Part shown: positions 48,167 to 57,652 of the stretch, piece by piece | How the letters are laid out: each line of letters starts with the position of its first letter | How positions within the stretch are numbered: position 1 is the stretch's first letter | Origin: Candidatus Sumerlaeaceae bacterium | GTDB taxonomy: Bacteria > Sumerlaeota > Sumerlaeia > Sumerlaeales > Sumerlaeaceae | Assembly: GCA_049968255.1 (NCBI GenBank) | Contig: JBMFRB010000002.1 | Span: forward strand, 192,001 to 256,000 | Length of the DNA stretch: 64,000 nucleotides | Direction of reading: 5' to 3' | Made by a program: the position numbers and the translations under genes | The notes under the pieces: model-generated | The model's input: the letters and a program-made list of their open reading frames with translations, nothing else | What the model was told of the DNA's origin: nothing | The model's database searches: none

Positions 48167-49465
48167 TTATTGAAAGATGTTTTCGAAAATGGCGCGCAGT
48201 CGCACGCCACCTAGCTCTTCCGGGAAGACAACTCGGCGCACCGAACCGCTTGCTCGCGCGAGTCCTTCCACAAGAGGCGAAACGCTAGCAATGTCAACGT
48301 ATTGGCCCTTGCGGCCACGCAGCTCAACCAGCACATGATGGTACGATTGACTATCACGCGGATCGTAAGGGCGGTAGGCAACGTTTTTCCCTTCGTAGAG
48401 CATCAAGAAATAGCGCGAATCAAAACCGGTCTGAGAAATAATTTCGCGCGCTGCGGCGAGTTTTTTCTTGATGTTCTTTGCCGTGGAAACGTCGAGCGTC
48501 TTGAATAGTCGGCGCACGAGAAGACCATGAGCCAAGGTACTCAGCACGGGATCTGAGGTATCTTGCCACTGGCTGAGGGTGTGTAGCAAGGTGTCATCGG
48601 TAATGGAAAGAAAATCCTCGATCGTTACTGTCGCTGGCGCTGCAAGTATGCGGGAAAGAGCAGGGGGAATCGGAATCAATTTTTTCTGTGGGCTTGCACA
48701 AAGTTCTTTGGCTCGACGAAGGACGAGCACCAACATCGACTCGGCGGCGCGGACGGTTTTGTGAAAATAGACCTGCGTGTACATGTGGTAGCGTGCTTGC
48801 AGATACTTTTCGACGGGCGGAATGCCGTTGGCAGCCACGACGATTCGTTCTCCGGTTGCATCAAGGTGTAGCACATGAATGAGGCGTTCAAGTTCATACA
48901 CTCCGTACTTTACGCCGGTCACGAGGCTGTCGCGCAGCAAATAGTCAAAACGATCTGCGTCAAGTTGGGATGTGATGATCTGGGAGAGGAAAGGGGGACG
49001 ACTTCTGCCATGGAGAATCTCGACGATTGTTTTAGGTAAGCGCTGCGAAAAGGCTGTGAGAAGTTGGTAAACGTCGCTGGTTGGGTCGAGGAGCAGGCGC
49101 TTGGTCCACACCTCATGAGGCACACCTGTCACTTGCTCGAATACGTGTGAAAATGGTCCGTGGCCGATGTCGTGCAAAAGGGCGGCGCATCTTACGGCAA
49201 GCCGCTGAAAAGGGGAGATTTGCCATTCCTTTGCCAGATGGTCGAGAATGCGCGTGGCGAGATACATTACACCCAATGAGTGCGTGAAGCGACTGTGTTC
49301 GGCACCTTGATAGGCATAATAGGCCATGCCGAGTTGACGAATCCGCCGCAAGCGTTGCATTGGTGCAGAGTCAATCAGTTGCATGAGCAACCGATCTTCC
49401 GCCGAGTTTTTGTTCAACGCGATGAGGTCATGAACTGGGTCGCGATAGAGCTTTTCGACAATCAC
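48167..49465 (-). CDS. HD-domain phosphohydrolase (dNTP triphosphohydrolase / SAMHD1-like)
   Basis: QRLRRIRQLG, HSRFTHSLGV, LLHDIGHGPFSH, DADRFDYLLRD and MYTQVYFHKT. Confidence 0.93.
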   Translation of the reverse strand: MIVEKLYRDPVHDLIALNKNSAEDRLLMQLIDSAPMQRLRRIRQLGMAYYAYQGAEHSRFTHSLGVMYLATRILDHLAKEWQISPFQRLAVRCAALLHDIGHGPFSHVFEQVTGVPHEVWTKRLLLDPTSDVYQLLTAFSQRLPKTIVEILHGRSRPPFLSQIITSQLDADRFDYLLRDSLVTGVKYGVYELERLIHVLHLDATGERIVVAANGIPPVEKYLQARYHMYTQVYFHKTVRAAESMLVLVLRRAKELCASPQKKLIPIPPALSRILAAPATVTIEDFLSITDDTLLHTLSQWQDTSDPVLSTLAHGLLVRRLFKTLDVSTAKNIKKKLAAAREIISQTGFDSRYFLMLYEGKNVAYRPYDPRDSQSYHHVLVELRGRKGQYVDIASVSPLVEGLARASGSVRRVVFPEELGGVRLRAIFENIFQ

Positions 49466-49598
49466 GTTGAGTTCTCTCTTTTTTTATGCCTGGGTGCAAT
49501 CTCAGGCGCTTGCAAGTCGCGGAGGACATCGCTTTGTAATTGCAAAGCGTGCGCTGTTTTTCCTTCCTATTATGCAGATAAAAGGGCAAGGTTAGGCA

Positions 49599-49970
49599 AT
49601 GGCAAGAAACGTTTGGAAATGGACGCCGCTGGTGGCGATGCTGATTATTCTTTCGCCTCAGCAGATGTGGGCGTATGGTGCACGCAGCGGGGACAACAGT
49701 ATTCTCACGCTGCCGGAGCGTCTCGTTTATGGAGCACTCGCCATCCCTGGAAAAATTGGACGCACGATGTTCCCGCGTACGACGGCGAATGTGGGCAATT
49801 ACACGCGTGCTGCAGAACGTACGACTGGGCAAGCGGTTCGCGGAACGGCGAATGTAGGCAAAAAAGTCCTGAGCACGACAGGAAAGGTTGTTGAAGGCAC
49901 GGTGAGTGCCGCAACTCGCGCAGTCAGCAGTATAGCCGGGACGGTCATTCGCGCAGCACGTTCACGCTGA
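49599..49970 (+). CDS. Small secreted cationic protein with amphipathic repeats
   Basis: Signal peptide MARNVWKWTPLVAMLIILSPQQMWA; repeated TANVG and TTG motifs. Confidence 0.7.
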   Translation: MARNVWKWTPLVAMLIILSPQQMWAYGARSGDNSILTLPERLVYGALAIPGKIGRTMFPRTTANVGNYTRAAERTTGQAVRGTANVGKKVLSTTGKVVEGTVSAATRAVSSIAGTVIRAARSR

Positions 49971-49973
49971 GCC

Positions 49974-50744
49974 ATGTCGCGGGCCATGCTACGAATTGTT
50001 GATCTGTCTATTTCCGTTCTCATATCTCTATTGTTTGCGTTGTTCTTGTCCTCAGCGCGAGGACAGGATGCCCTTACACCGAGTTCGCCGGGGACACAGT
50101 CGCCGGAGAGTGCCCCGCTAGGCGACGTTGTTCCACTTGATCTTGACGAAGTGGCGGCCGAGATTTTGGAAACGTACTCGTTTGCGCTCGGCAGATACGA
50201 TGATGTTGTCTTTGGTCGAGAGAATTGGAAAGGGCCCGACGACGCTTCGCTCAACTGTAGCGTCTCGTTCACCCCTACAGCCCTCTACGTGGAGGGCGAC
50301 TTCGTGGATGATTTTCCCTTCTGCCAGAAGACTATTCACCCTGCAAAGCCCAAATGGTGGAAGCTGGGTTACGGCGCAGACGGCATTGTGATTACTCTTG
50401 AGGACCTCACATCAGCCACCCAGCGCGTGTCCTTCGCACTCAACTGGAGCGCCCAAGCAGTTCATCCCCGCGTTGACATTATCGAGTCCCTCCTTGCGAC
50501 CGCTCCAGATTTTGCGCGGAGCGGCTGTCTTCAACTGAAGGATGCAGAAGCACCGTTGGAAAAGCGTAGCGTGCGAGCGATCAAATTTCGTGCTGGCGTG
50601 TCCATTACCGAGCTTGCCGATCCTCAGTTTTTTGAGAAGCCACTACGAATTGTGGTAGAGCTCTACGATGTGGACGGCGATTATTTCTCCGCTAGTGTTC
50701 TGCGGCAGCAACAGCGAACGGCAAATAGAGGTAGCCAACGTTAG
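49974..50744 (+). CDS. Secreted hypothetical protein, CBM9/DOMON-like beta-sandwich
   Basis: Signal peptide; WKGPDDAS...ALYVEGDFVDD...WW...DGI resembles CBM9-type sugar-binding domains. Confidence 0.6.
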   Translation: MSRAMLRIVDLSISVLISLLFALFLSSARGQDALTPSSPGTQSPESAPLGDVVPLDLDEVAAEILETYSFALGRYDDVVFGRENWKGPDDASLNCSVSFTPTALYVEGDFVDDFPFCQKTIHPAKPKWWKLGYGADGIVITLEDLTSATQRVSFALNWSAQAVHPRVDIIESLLATAPDFARSGCLQLKDAEAPLEKRSVRAIKFRAGVSITELADPQFFEKPLRIVVELYDVDGDYFSASVLRQQQRTANRGSQR

Positions 50745-51565
50745 ACGAGTTTAGCATCGGCTATTCCCATGTGGTTGACGGGTCCATTTCCATGCCCCAG
50801 AGGCAAAGCACTAGCCAGTGCAAAGCGGAGATAGCAACGAGCGAGCTGAACTGCCTCAAAAACGCTCCTTCCGCGCGCCAGCTCAACGCAAATGGCAGCA
50901 GCGAGAGCACAGCCGCTGCCGTGGGTGTGCGGCGTTTGAATCCGGGGAGACTCCAGCGTTTCAAGCCGATGGTCGTCGTGGAAAATATCGTACACCGTGT
51001 GCTTGCTGCCATACGAAGCATCCCCGCCTTTTAGCAGAACCGCTTTTGCGCCTTTGGCTTTTATCAGCCGTGCGGCTTCCACAGCTGAAGCCAGATCGGT
51101 GATTTCGCACTCTGCCAAGATCTGCGCCTCATGGAAGTTTGGCGTGACAACGGCGGCACGGGGAATTAGCTCCACGGCTAGCGTCTGAATCGCATCCTCT
51201 GAAAGCAAGCGAGCGCCAGTTGTGGAAACCATGACGGGATCCACCACCAGCGGAATGTCTGGATAAGAGCGAAGAGTTTCCGCAACAGCATTCACAATTG
51301 CGGCATTGGCCAACATGCCCGTTTTCGCAGCATCGCAACCAATATCGTCGAGCACGACGCGTATTTGCTCTGCTACAAATCCTGGGGGAACCTCATGAAT
51401 TGCTGTCACACCTGTTGTGTTCTGCGCGGTGAGCGCCGTAATAGCGCTCATGCCGTAGGCGCCAAGCACTGTGAAGGTTTTGAGGTCTCCTTGGATACCG
51501 GCGCCGCCGCCAGAGTCGCTTCCGGCAATGGTTAGGCAGCGAGGTGGCATTTTTCCGTGAGTCAT
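50741..51565 (-). CDS. thiD: Hydroxymethylpyrimidine/phosphomethylpyrimidine kinase
   Basis: [42 protein letters not shown] and THGSGC. The ORF-track extension through the tRNA is spurious. Confidence 0.96.
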   Translation of the reverse strand: MTHGKMPPRCLTIAGSDSGGGAGIQGDLKTFTVLGAYGMSAITALTAQNTTGVTAIHEVPPGFVAEQIRVVLDDIGCDAAKTGMLANAAIVNAVAETLRSYPDIPLVVDPVMVSTTGARLLSEDAIQTLAVELIPRAAVVTPNFHEAQILAECEITDLASAVEAARLIKAKGAKAVLLKGGDASYGSKHTVYDIFHDDHRLETLESPRIQTPHTHGSGCALAAAICVELARGRSVFEAVQLARCYLRFALASALPLGHGNGPVNHMGIADAKLV

Positions 51566-51616
51566 GTTGGAAATAATCTTTGTGCTTTTTCGGTAAATCA
51601 ACGCGGAAAACTGAAA

Positions 51617-51702
51617 GCCGAAGTGGCGGAATGGCAGACGCAGAGGACTCAAAATCCTCCGTGGGCAACCACGTGTGGGTTCGACTCCCACCTTCGGCAC
51701 CA
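51617..51702 (+). tRNA. tRNA-Leu (anticodon CAA)
   Basis: Acceptor stem GCCGAAG/CTTCGGC with ACCA end; GAGGA-CTCAAAA-TCCTC anticodon arm; long variable arm. Confidence 0.97.
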
Positions 51703-51791
51703 CGGCGTTTTTTCTTCACCGTACGATGCTCCAGGTACAGCAACACGGGGGAGAGCTGTTTTTTTGCTAACGATCCTCGAGAGGGAAGCAG

Positions 51792-53471
51792 ATGCAGTGG
51801 TTGACGGATTTGTTCGTGACACATTCAGCCGCGCAGGCTGTCGTCATTTTGTGTGCCGTAGGGGCTCTCGGTCTGGCCTTGGGCAGCGTGCGTATCCTGG
51901 GTGTCAGCCTTGGAATTGGCGGGGTACTCTTCGCAGGATTGCTCTTCGGTCACTTTCGCATCACTCTCAATGAGCAAGTCATGGACTTTGTCCGGGAGTT
52001 CGGTCTCATTCTTTTTGTCTATACGATCGGAATGCAAGTGGGGCCAGGATTTTTCGGGTCGTTACGTCGGCATGGCCTGCGCCTCAATGTGCTTGCTGCT
52101 TCGATCGTGCTCTTGGGACTTGGGCTAAGCGTTGTCATTCACCGTGCTGGAGGAGTTCCAGTACCAGTCGTCGCAGGACTTTTTGCTGGGGCAACGACCA
52201 ACACTCCCGCCTTGGCAGCAGCCCAACAGGCCATGAAAGACGTTGTGGGACTTCCTCCAGAGGCGGTTACGCAACCGGCTCTGGCCTACGCGTTGGCTTA
52301 TCCATTTGGAATCATCGGGATAATTCTGACCATGTTGTTCATTCGTTGGATCTTCCGGATAGATCCGCACGAAGAAGCAAAGAAATTTATGGAACAGCAA
52401 GTGGCGTCAATCCCGCGTCCAGTGACAATGAATATCGAAGTTCAGAATGCGAATTTGGACGGTCTGCCGCTGGAGCGAGTTCCCTTGTATGCGGAGAGTG
52501 GAGTCGTTGTCTCGCGCGTATTGCACAACGATAAGGTTGTGGTCGCTCAGCCCGATACGATCATTCACGTGGGCGACGTGTTGCTCGCGGTGGGACCTCG
52601 CGACAAGCTTGAGGAATTCAAACTGGTTGTGGGCAAAGAAGCTGCGACCGATGTAAGGCGCATCCCAAGCGCAATTACGACAAAGCGCATCATTGTGACG
52701 AAAAAGTCCGCTGTGGGAAAATCTTTGGATGAGCTGGAAACTCCCGCTCTTTACGACGTGGCGATTACACGAGTAAGTCGCAGCGAAATCGAATTCACTC
52801 CGACGCCTGATTTTAAACTCCAGTTTGGCGACACAATTTTAGCGGTGGGAGAGCCTTTTGCGATTCAGAAAGTTGCTCAAGAACTGGGGGATTCTCCGAA
52901 GCAGCTCAATCATCCGCAGATGATTCCCATTCTCATTGGAATTGTTCTGGGCGTGATTGTCGGCTCGTATCCTTTCTTCTTCCCTGGGCTTCCTGCCCCG
53001 GTGCGCTTGGGACTTGCTGGCGGTCCCCTCGTCGTTGCGATTTTACTCAGCCGTTTGGGGCGGCTTGGTCCACTGGTTTGGTACATGCCAATGAGTGCCA
53101 ATTTCATGATGCGAGAGATCGGAATCGTCTTATTTCTGGCATGTGTCGGACTACGTGCGGGTGGGCAATTTGTGGCTACGCTCATGAGTGGTGACGGTCT
53201 GAAGTGGATGGGTTACGGCGTGCTCATCACTTTGATTCCGTTACTGACCGTGGCTCTGTTGGGGCGCTTGTATCTCAAGCAGAATTTTGCGTCGTTGTGC
53301 GGCGTTCTGGCTGGTTCGATGACAGATCCGCCCGCCTTGGCGTTTGCAGGTCAAATCACGGGCTCGGAAGTACCGTACGTGTCTTATGCCACCGTCTATC
53401 CGTTGACCATGTTGCTTCGCGTCCTCGGAGCACAGGCCCTGATACTGGTTCTCATGCGCATGACGGTCTAA
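51792..53471 (+). CDS. YidE/YbjL (AspT family) transporter with two TrkA-C domains
   Basis: EFGLILFVYTIGMQVGPGFF, GATTNTPAL, AYPFG, LGLAGGPL, GSMTDPPALAFA and YATVYP. Confidence 0.93.
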   Translation: MQWLTDLFVTHSAAQAVVILCAVGALGLALGSVRILGVSLGIGGVLFAGLLFGHFRITLNEQVMDFVREFGLILFVYTIGMQVGPGFFGSLRRHGLRLNVLAASIVLLGLGLSVVIHRAGGVPVPVVAGLFAGATTNTPALAAAQQAMKDVVGLPPEAVTQPALAYALAYPFGIIGIILTMLFIRWIFRIDPHEEAKKFMEQQVASIPRPVTMNIEVQNANLDGLPLERVPLYAESGVVVSRVLHNDKVVVAQPDTIIHVGDVLLAVGPRDKLEEFKLVVGKEAATDVRRIPSAITTKRIIVTKKSAVGKSLDELETPALYDVAITRVSRSEIEFTPTPDFKLQFGDTILAVGEPFAIQKVAQELGDSPKQLNHPQMIPILIGIVLGVIVGSYPFFFPGLPAPVRLGLAGGPLVVAILLSRLGRLGPLVWYMPMSANFMMREIGIVLFLACVGLRAGGQFVATLMSGDGLKWMGYGVLITLIPLLTVALLGRLYLKQNFASLCGVLAGSMTDPPALAFAGQITGSEVPYVSYATVYPLTMLLRVLGAQALILVLMRMTV

Positions 53472-53650
53472 GTGCTCGGCGTGGGTCGGTGTTTACCGCT
53501 TGACTATGGGCTCGCGGCTTTCGCGGCAGGCACCGAGAGAAAATACTCAATGAAACTGAATTGCTGCTTGGCAGGGGGGCATGTCGTGTCGTATAGTTTG
53601 TGGGATAATTGCAGAGAAGGGTTGAGTGGAAAAAGAAGTCTGTGAGGTAG

Positions 53651-54406
53651 GTGAGTCGCACCTTGGGCAAGAACTACTACGAAATTCTGGGAGTTTCCCG
53701 CAACGCCGGCGAAAAGGAAATCAAAGCGGCGTATCACCGCCTGGCGCGTTCGCTACATCCCGACAAAGCCAGTTCGCCCGAAGAACGTGAGCGTGTCGAG
53801 CAGGAGTTTTCGCTTATTTCGCAAGCATACAATACGCTCAAGGATAAGGACAAGAGGGCAGCGTATGACAAAACTTTAGCTGAGGCCGGACGTAGCCAGC
53901 TCGAAGCTGGTCAGCAGCCACCGAGTGCCAAAAAGCCTATGGGGAGCGAATCGAGTGGGATACAGACCCAGGGCGCAAGTTTGGATAAGTCGCGGGCAGC
54001 TGTGGCACGCCGAGCTTATTTGCGTGGCTTGCAGGCGTTCGCGGCAGGAGAGTATGGCAAAGCCATTGAGTTTTTCGAAGCTGCCATCAAAAATAAGGAC
54101 GATGAACCGGCGTATCATGCCAAGCTTGCCCAGACTTTGCTTCGCGCAAAACGCAGTTTTTCTCGCGCTATCGAAGCGGCCCAGGTGGCAATCCAGTTAG
54201 ATCCCTACAACGTAGACTATCGGCTTCTGTTGGCCGAACTTTATGAGCAAACAGGCGCAAAAACAATGGCGCAGAAAACCTACGAAGAAATCCTGAAGTG
54301 GGATCCCACCAATGAACGAGCTCTGCAGGCTGTGGCCGCGACGCGTCCGCCCACAACATTCGAGAAAATTGTGCGCACCATCAAGAGCTTCCTAGGCAGA
54401 GAGTAA
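53651..54406 (+). CDS. J-domain protein with C-terminal TPRs
   Basis: NYYEILGV...IKAAYHRLARSLHPDK (HPD motif); three TPR-like repeats. Confidence 0.93.
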   Translation: MSRTLGKNYYEILGVSRNAGEKEIKAAYHRLARSLHPDKASSPEERERVEQEFSLISQAYNTLKDKDKRAAYDKTLAEAGRSQLEAGQQPPSAKKPMGSESSGIQTQGASLDKSRAAVARRAYLRGLQAFAAGEYGKAIEFFEAAIKNKDDEPAYHAKLAQTLLRAKRSFSRAIEAAQVAIQLDPYNVDYRLLLAELYEQTGAKTMAQKTYEEILKWDPTNERALQAVAATRPPTTFEKIVRTIKSFLGRE

Positions 54407-54414
54407 GGGCAGTC

Positions 54415-56235
54415 ATGGAGCGAGTCATCGGAATTGATCTTGGGACCACAAACTCCGTTGTCGCCTACTTTGAGCAAGGCCGGCCAGTAGTTATGCATAA
54501 CGCGGATGGAAGTAAGCTTACGCCGTCCGTCGTTTTCTTCAAAAGTCCAAACGAGATTGTAGTAGGCGAACTTGCCAAACGAAACTTGGTGCTCTACCCC
54601 AAGCAGGTCATTCGCTCAGTCAAACGCTTTATGGGATCGCGATTTTCAGAGCTTGGGGAAAAACTGCAGGGAATATCGTATGACGTGGTTGCTGGGCCAG
54701 ATGATAGCGTGATGATCGATGTCGGCTGGGCTCGAGTTACACCCGAGCAGGTCTCTGCAGAAATTCTTGTAAAGATGAAAAGTGCTGCCGAAGAGTTTTT
54801 TGGGGAGCCCATAAAGCAAGCCGTCATTACGGTTCCTGCCTACTTCAACGACAGTCAGCGATCGGCAACCAAGCGAGCGGGGGAGTTGGCCGGGCTCAAT
54901 GTTTTACGAATCATCAACGAGCCGACTGCTGCTGCCCTCGCCTATGGAATTGACCGAAATGTTCAGCAGGCCGTAGCCGTGTTCGACTTCGGTGGGGGAA
55001 CGACCGACGTGACGATTCTCGAAATTGATAAAGACGTCATCGAGGCGCGTTCCACGCACGGCGACACTTTTTTGGGGGGCGACAATATTGACGATGCACT
55101 GGCTAAGTTCTTAGTCGAGCGCTTCTACGAAGAGACAGGAGTGGATTTGGCGGCTGACCCCGTGACCTACCAGCGAGTACGAGAGGTTGCGGAAAAAGTG
55201 AAATGTGAGCTATCCACTACCACTGAGTCCGTTGCGAGCATTCCTTTTATTGCTGCCGCGCCCAATGGCACGCCTTTGCACCTTCATTGCGTAGTTTCAC
55301 GTGATCAGTTGGAGGCATTGCTGCAGCCGTTTTTACCTCGTCTTATTGAATGTTGTCGCATTGCGTTGGATGATGCTCGGCTGACACGTGCGGACATCGC
55401 TAACATTTTGTTGGTCGGGGGCTCCACTCGTATTCCCGCTGTTGTCAAAGCCCTTGCAAAGTTTTTCGGACGCCAGCCCTCACGCATTCTTAATCCGGAC
55501 GAAGCCGTCGCCATGGGGGCTGCAATTCAAGGCTCTATTATCACCGGCGCTCTGCGCGAGGTTTTGCTCCTTGATGTTACCCCTTTGTCTTTAGGGATCG
55601 AAACCGAAGGTGGCGTATTTACCCCGTTAATTCCACGCAACAGTTCCATTCCGGTGGCTGTGCACAAACAGTTCACCACGGTGCGGGATAATCAGACCTC
55701 AGTAAAAATTCATGTGCTGCAGGGCGAGCGACGCATAGCCGCCGAGAATCACAGCCTTGGTTGGTTTCGGCTCACTGGCATCACACCAGCACCTAAGGAA
55801 ATCCCTTGTATTGACGTTTGTTTTCAAATTGATGCGAACGGTCTTCTTCATGTCAGCGCGACGGAAGTTACCTCAGGCGTGTCAAATTCCATTACGATAG
55901 AGAGTTTTGGCAACGTAGATCCGGAAGAGGCCGAACGCTTGGCCGCGCAAGCTCAGGCAGCGGCGGATGCCGATCGCGAATTTATGCGAAAAGTGTCGTT
56001 CCAGCGACAGGGAAAACAGTTAGTGGAAGAATTTGAAGCTCTGTTGGCTACCTCTGAGCGCTCCCTGGATCCTACGACGGTCCAAAGCCTCCGAGAGGCA
56101 ATTTTCCGGTTCGAAGTCGCTGCAGCGTCTCAGAAACTCGATGAGATTGAACGTGCCGTTCAAGGGCTACAGGAATACGCGAAAATTCTAGGGGACCGCT
56201 TGCTTGCGAAACGGATTGAGTCGCTCGAAGAATAA
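54415..56235 (+). CDS. Hsp70 family chaperone (divergent DnaK paralog)
   Basis: GIDLGTTNS, TVPAYFNDSQR, RIINEPTAAALAYG, DFGGGT, VGGSTRIP and linker VLLLDVTPLSLGIE. Confidence 0.95.
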   Translation: MERVIGIDLGTTNSVVAYFEQGRPVVMHNADGSKLTPSVVFFKSPNEIVVGELAKRNLVLYPKQVIRSVKRFMGSRFSELGEKLQGISYDVVAGPDDSVMIDVGWARVTPEQVSAEILVKMKSAAEEFFGEPIKQAVITVPAYFNDSQRSATKRAGELAGLNVLRIINEPTAAALAYGIDRNVQQAVAVFDFGGGTTDVTILEIDKDVIEARSTHGDTFLGGDNIDDALAKFLVERFYEETGVDLAADPVTYQRVREVAEKVKCELSTTTESVASIPFIAAAPNGTPLHLHCVVSRDQLEALLQPFLPRLIECCRIALDDARLTRADIANILLVGGSTRIPAVVKALAKFFGRQPSRILNPDEAVAMGAAIQGSIITGALREVLLLDVTPLSLGIETEGGVFTPLIPRNSSIPVAVHKQFTTVRDNQTSVKIHVLQGERRIAAENHSLGWFRLTGITPAPKEIPCIDVCFQIDANGLLHVSATEVTSGVSNSITIESFGNVDPEEAERLAAQAQAAADADREFMRKVSFQRQGKQLVEEFEALLATSERSLDPTTVQSLREAIFRFEVAAASQKLDEIERAVQGLQEYAKILGDRLLAKRIESLEE

Positions 56236-56838
56236 TCTAATGGGCGACTTTTTCTGCTTTCTCACCGGTTCCTCTTTGGCCGCATAATATCGACTTTCGG
56301 CTCGCGTCACGATCTCTTTCACGCCAGGTTTTTGGCTGTTCCGAAAGCGTTCCATGATGTCCTTATAGATTTTTTGTGACTCCGAAAAACGCTTCTGACG
56401 GTCGAGGGAAATAGCGATGTTGAGCATCGAGCGGGCAACAATATAATCGTTGTCTGCCCATCGTTGCAAAGCCTCGTGGAACATGCCTTGGGCTTGCTGG
56501 TCCTGGCCAAGCTCTGCATAAGCTTCTGCGATAGATACGAAAGCGACCGGTGTGTAGACGGTATCGTTTGGGAAATTTTCAACTACCTTCGAGTAACATT
56601 GGATTATTCGATCGAGCTGAATCCGTCGCCGGTTTTTATCGAAGGAGGGGAGCATTGCTGCTTGCAGCGACGCCGCATAAGCGTATTGTTCGCGCGCGCT
56701 TTCGAAGTCCGGTATGACAAGCTTTTTGGGTTCGGACCTCCGAAATAGGCTAAAGGCAGAAAGATGGGCAGGTGTGAAGACTAGTGCAGAAGTGAGCAAG
56801 ACAACGCTCGTCAGAGCCATCAACAAGTGCTTCAGCAT
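56188..56838 (-). CDS. Secreted TPR protein (BamD/YbgF-like repeats)
   Basis: Signal peptide; YSKVVENFPND...AFVSIAEAY and YKDIMERF repeats. Overlaps the 3' end of Hsp70 by 48 bp. Confidence 0.8.
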   Translation of the reverse strand: MLKHLLMALTSVVLLTSALVFTPAHLSAFSLFRRSEPKKLVIPDFESAREQYAYAASLQAAMLPSFDKNRRRIQLDRIIQCYSKVVENFPNDTVYTPVAFVSIAEAYAELGQDQQAQGMFHEALQRWADNDYIVARSMLNIAISLDRQKRFSESQKIYKDIMERFRNSQKPGVKEIVTRAESRYYAAKEEPVRKQKKSPIRLFFERLNPFRKQAVP

Positions 56839-56910
56839 TTTCGTCTTTTCCTCACTTTTTAGAAACATTCGTTTCTGCGCTGGCTAAGCAGACAGACATT
56901 CGAGCGTTCT

Positions 56911-57627
56911 TCAACAGCCGGTTGCTCTTGCGATTCCTGCGCGGAGATTAGCAATGTTTGTGGACACATCTCCATTGGCGAAGACGGCGGAGCCAGCGAC
57001 CAAAACTTCAGCTCCGGCAGCCACAACCAGCTCGATAGTGTCGCTATTGATGCCCCCATCCACCTGGATGAGGAAGCGTGCATGCTGGCGCTCACGCAAA
57101 CGGCGCAATGTCCGGATTTTGTTCAAACAGGATGGGATCATTGTCTGGCCGCCAAAGCCCGGCTCGACTGTCATGACAAGCACCAGATCGACTTCCTTGA
57201 GGAGTTTCTCTATGCGCCCAACGGGCGTGGGCGGGCGAAGCGAAATTCCTACCTGCATCTTGTGCGCGCGGATGAGCTCGACTAGTTCCGGGGCTTTGTC
57301 GGGACAAGATTCGTAGTGAAACGTAAAGAGCTGGACGCCGGCGTCGGCACAGGGCTTGACCAAGGTCTGAGGGGCCTTCACCATGAGGTGTGCATCAAAG
57401 AAGGCTTTTTGCGACACTTTTCGCAAACTTTTGATGACGGGGGGGCCAAAAGTGAGATTGGGAACAAAATGATTGTCCATGACATCAAGGTGAATCCACG
57501 TACACCCCTCCCGCAGAACTCGGCGAATGTCTTTGCCAAGAGCAGAAAAATCGGCGCTCAGAAGTGACGGCGCAATAATTGGCTGTGGAGCGTGCGAACG
57601 CTCAACCGGCGTGTACGCAAACTTCAA
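56911..57627 (-). CDS. rpe: Ribulose-phosphate 3-epimerase
   Basis: IAPSLLSADF, HLDVMDNHFVPNLTFG, DAHLMV, MTVEPGFGGQ, VDGGIN and VAGSAVF. Confidence 0.97.
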   Translation of the reverse strand: MKFAYTPVERSHAPQPIIAPSLLSADFSALGKDIRRVLREGCTWIHLDVMDNHFVPNLTFGPPVIKSLRKVSQKAFFDAHLMVKAPQTLVKPCADAGVQLFTFHYESCPDKAPELVELIRAHKMQVGISLRPPTPVGRIEKLLKEVDLVLVMTVEPGFGGQTMIPSCLNKIRTLRRLRERQHARFLIQVDGGINSDTIELVVAAGAEVLVAGSAVFANGDVSTNIANLRAGIARATGC

Positions 57628-57652
57628 GATGGACTCTACCTCCGCAGGAATA

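Noticed and set aside
15635-51702. tRNA genes as integration sites for a genomic island
   Set aside because: No integrase, no duplicated tRNA 3' ends seen, and the flanking genes are housekeeping.
51566-51703. N-terminal extension of thiD in the ORF track; similar ORFs over the other tRNAs (15506-15712, 42515-42724)
   Set aside because: These are antisense readings of tRNA genes.
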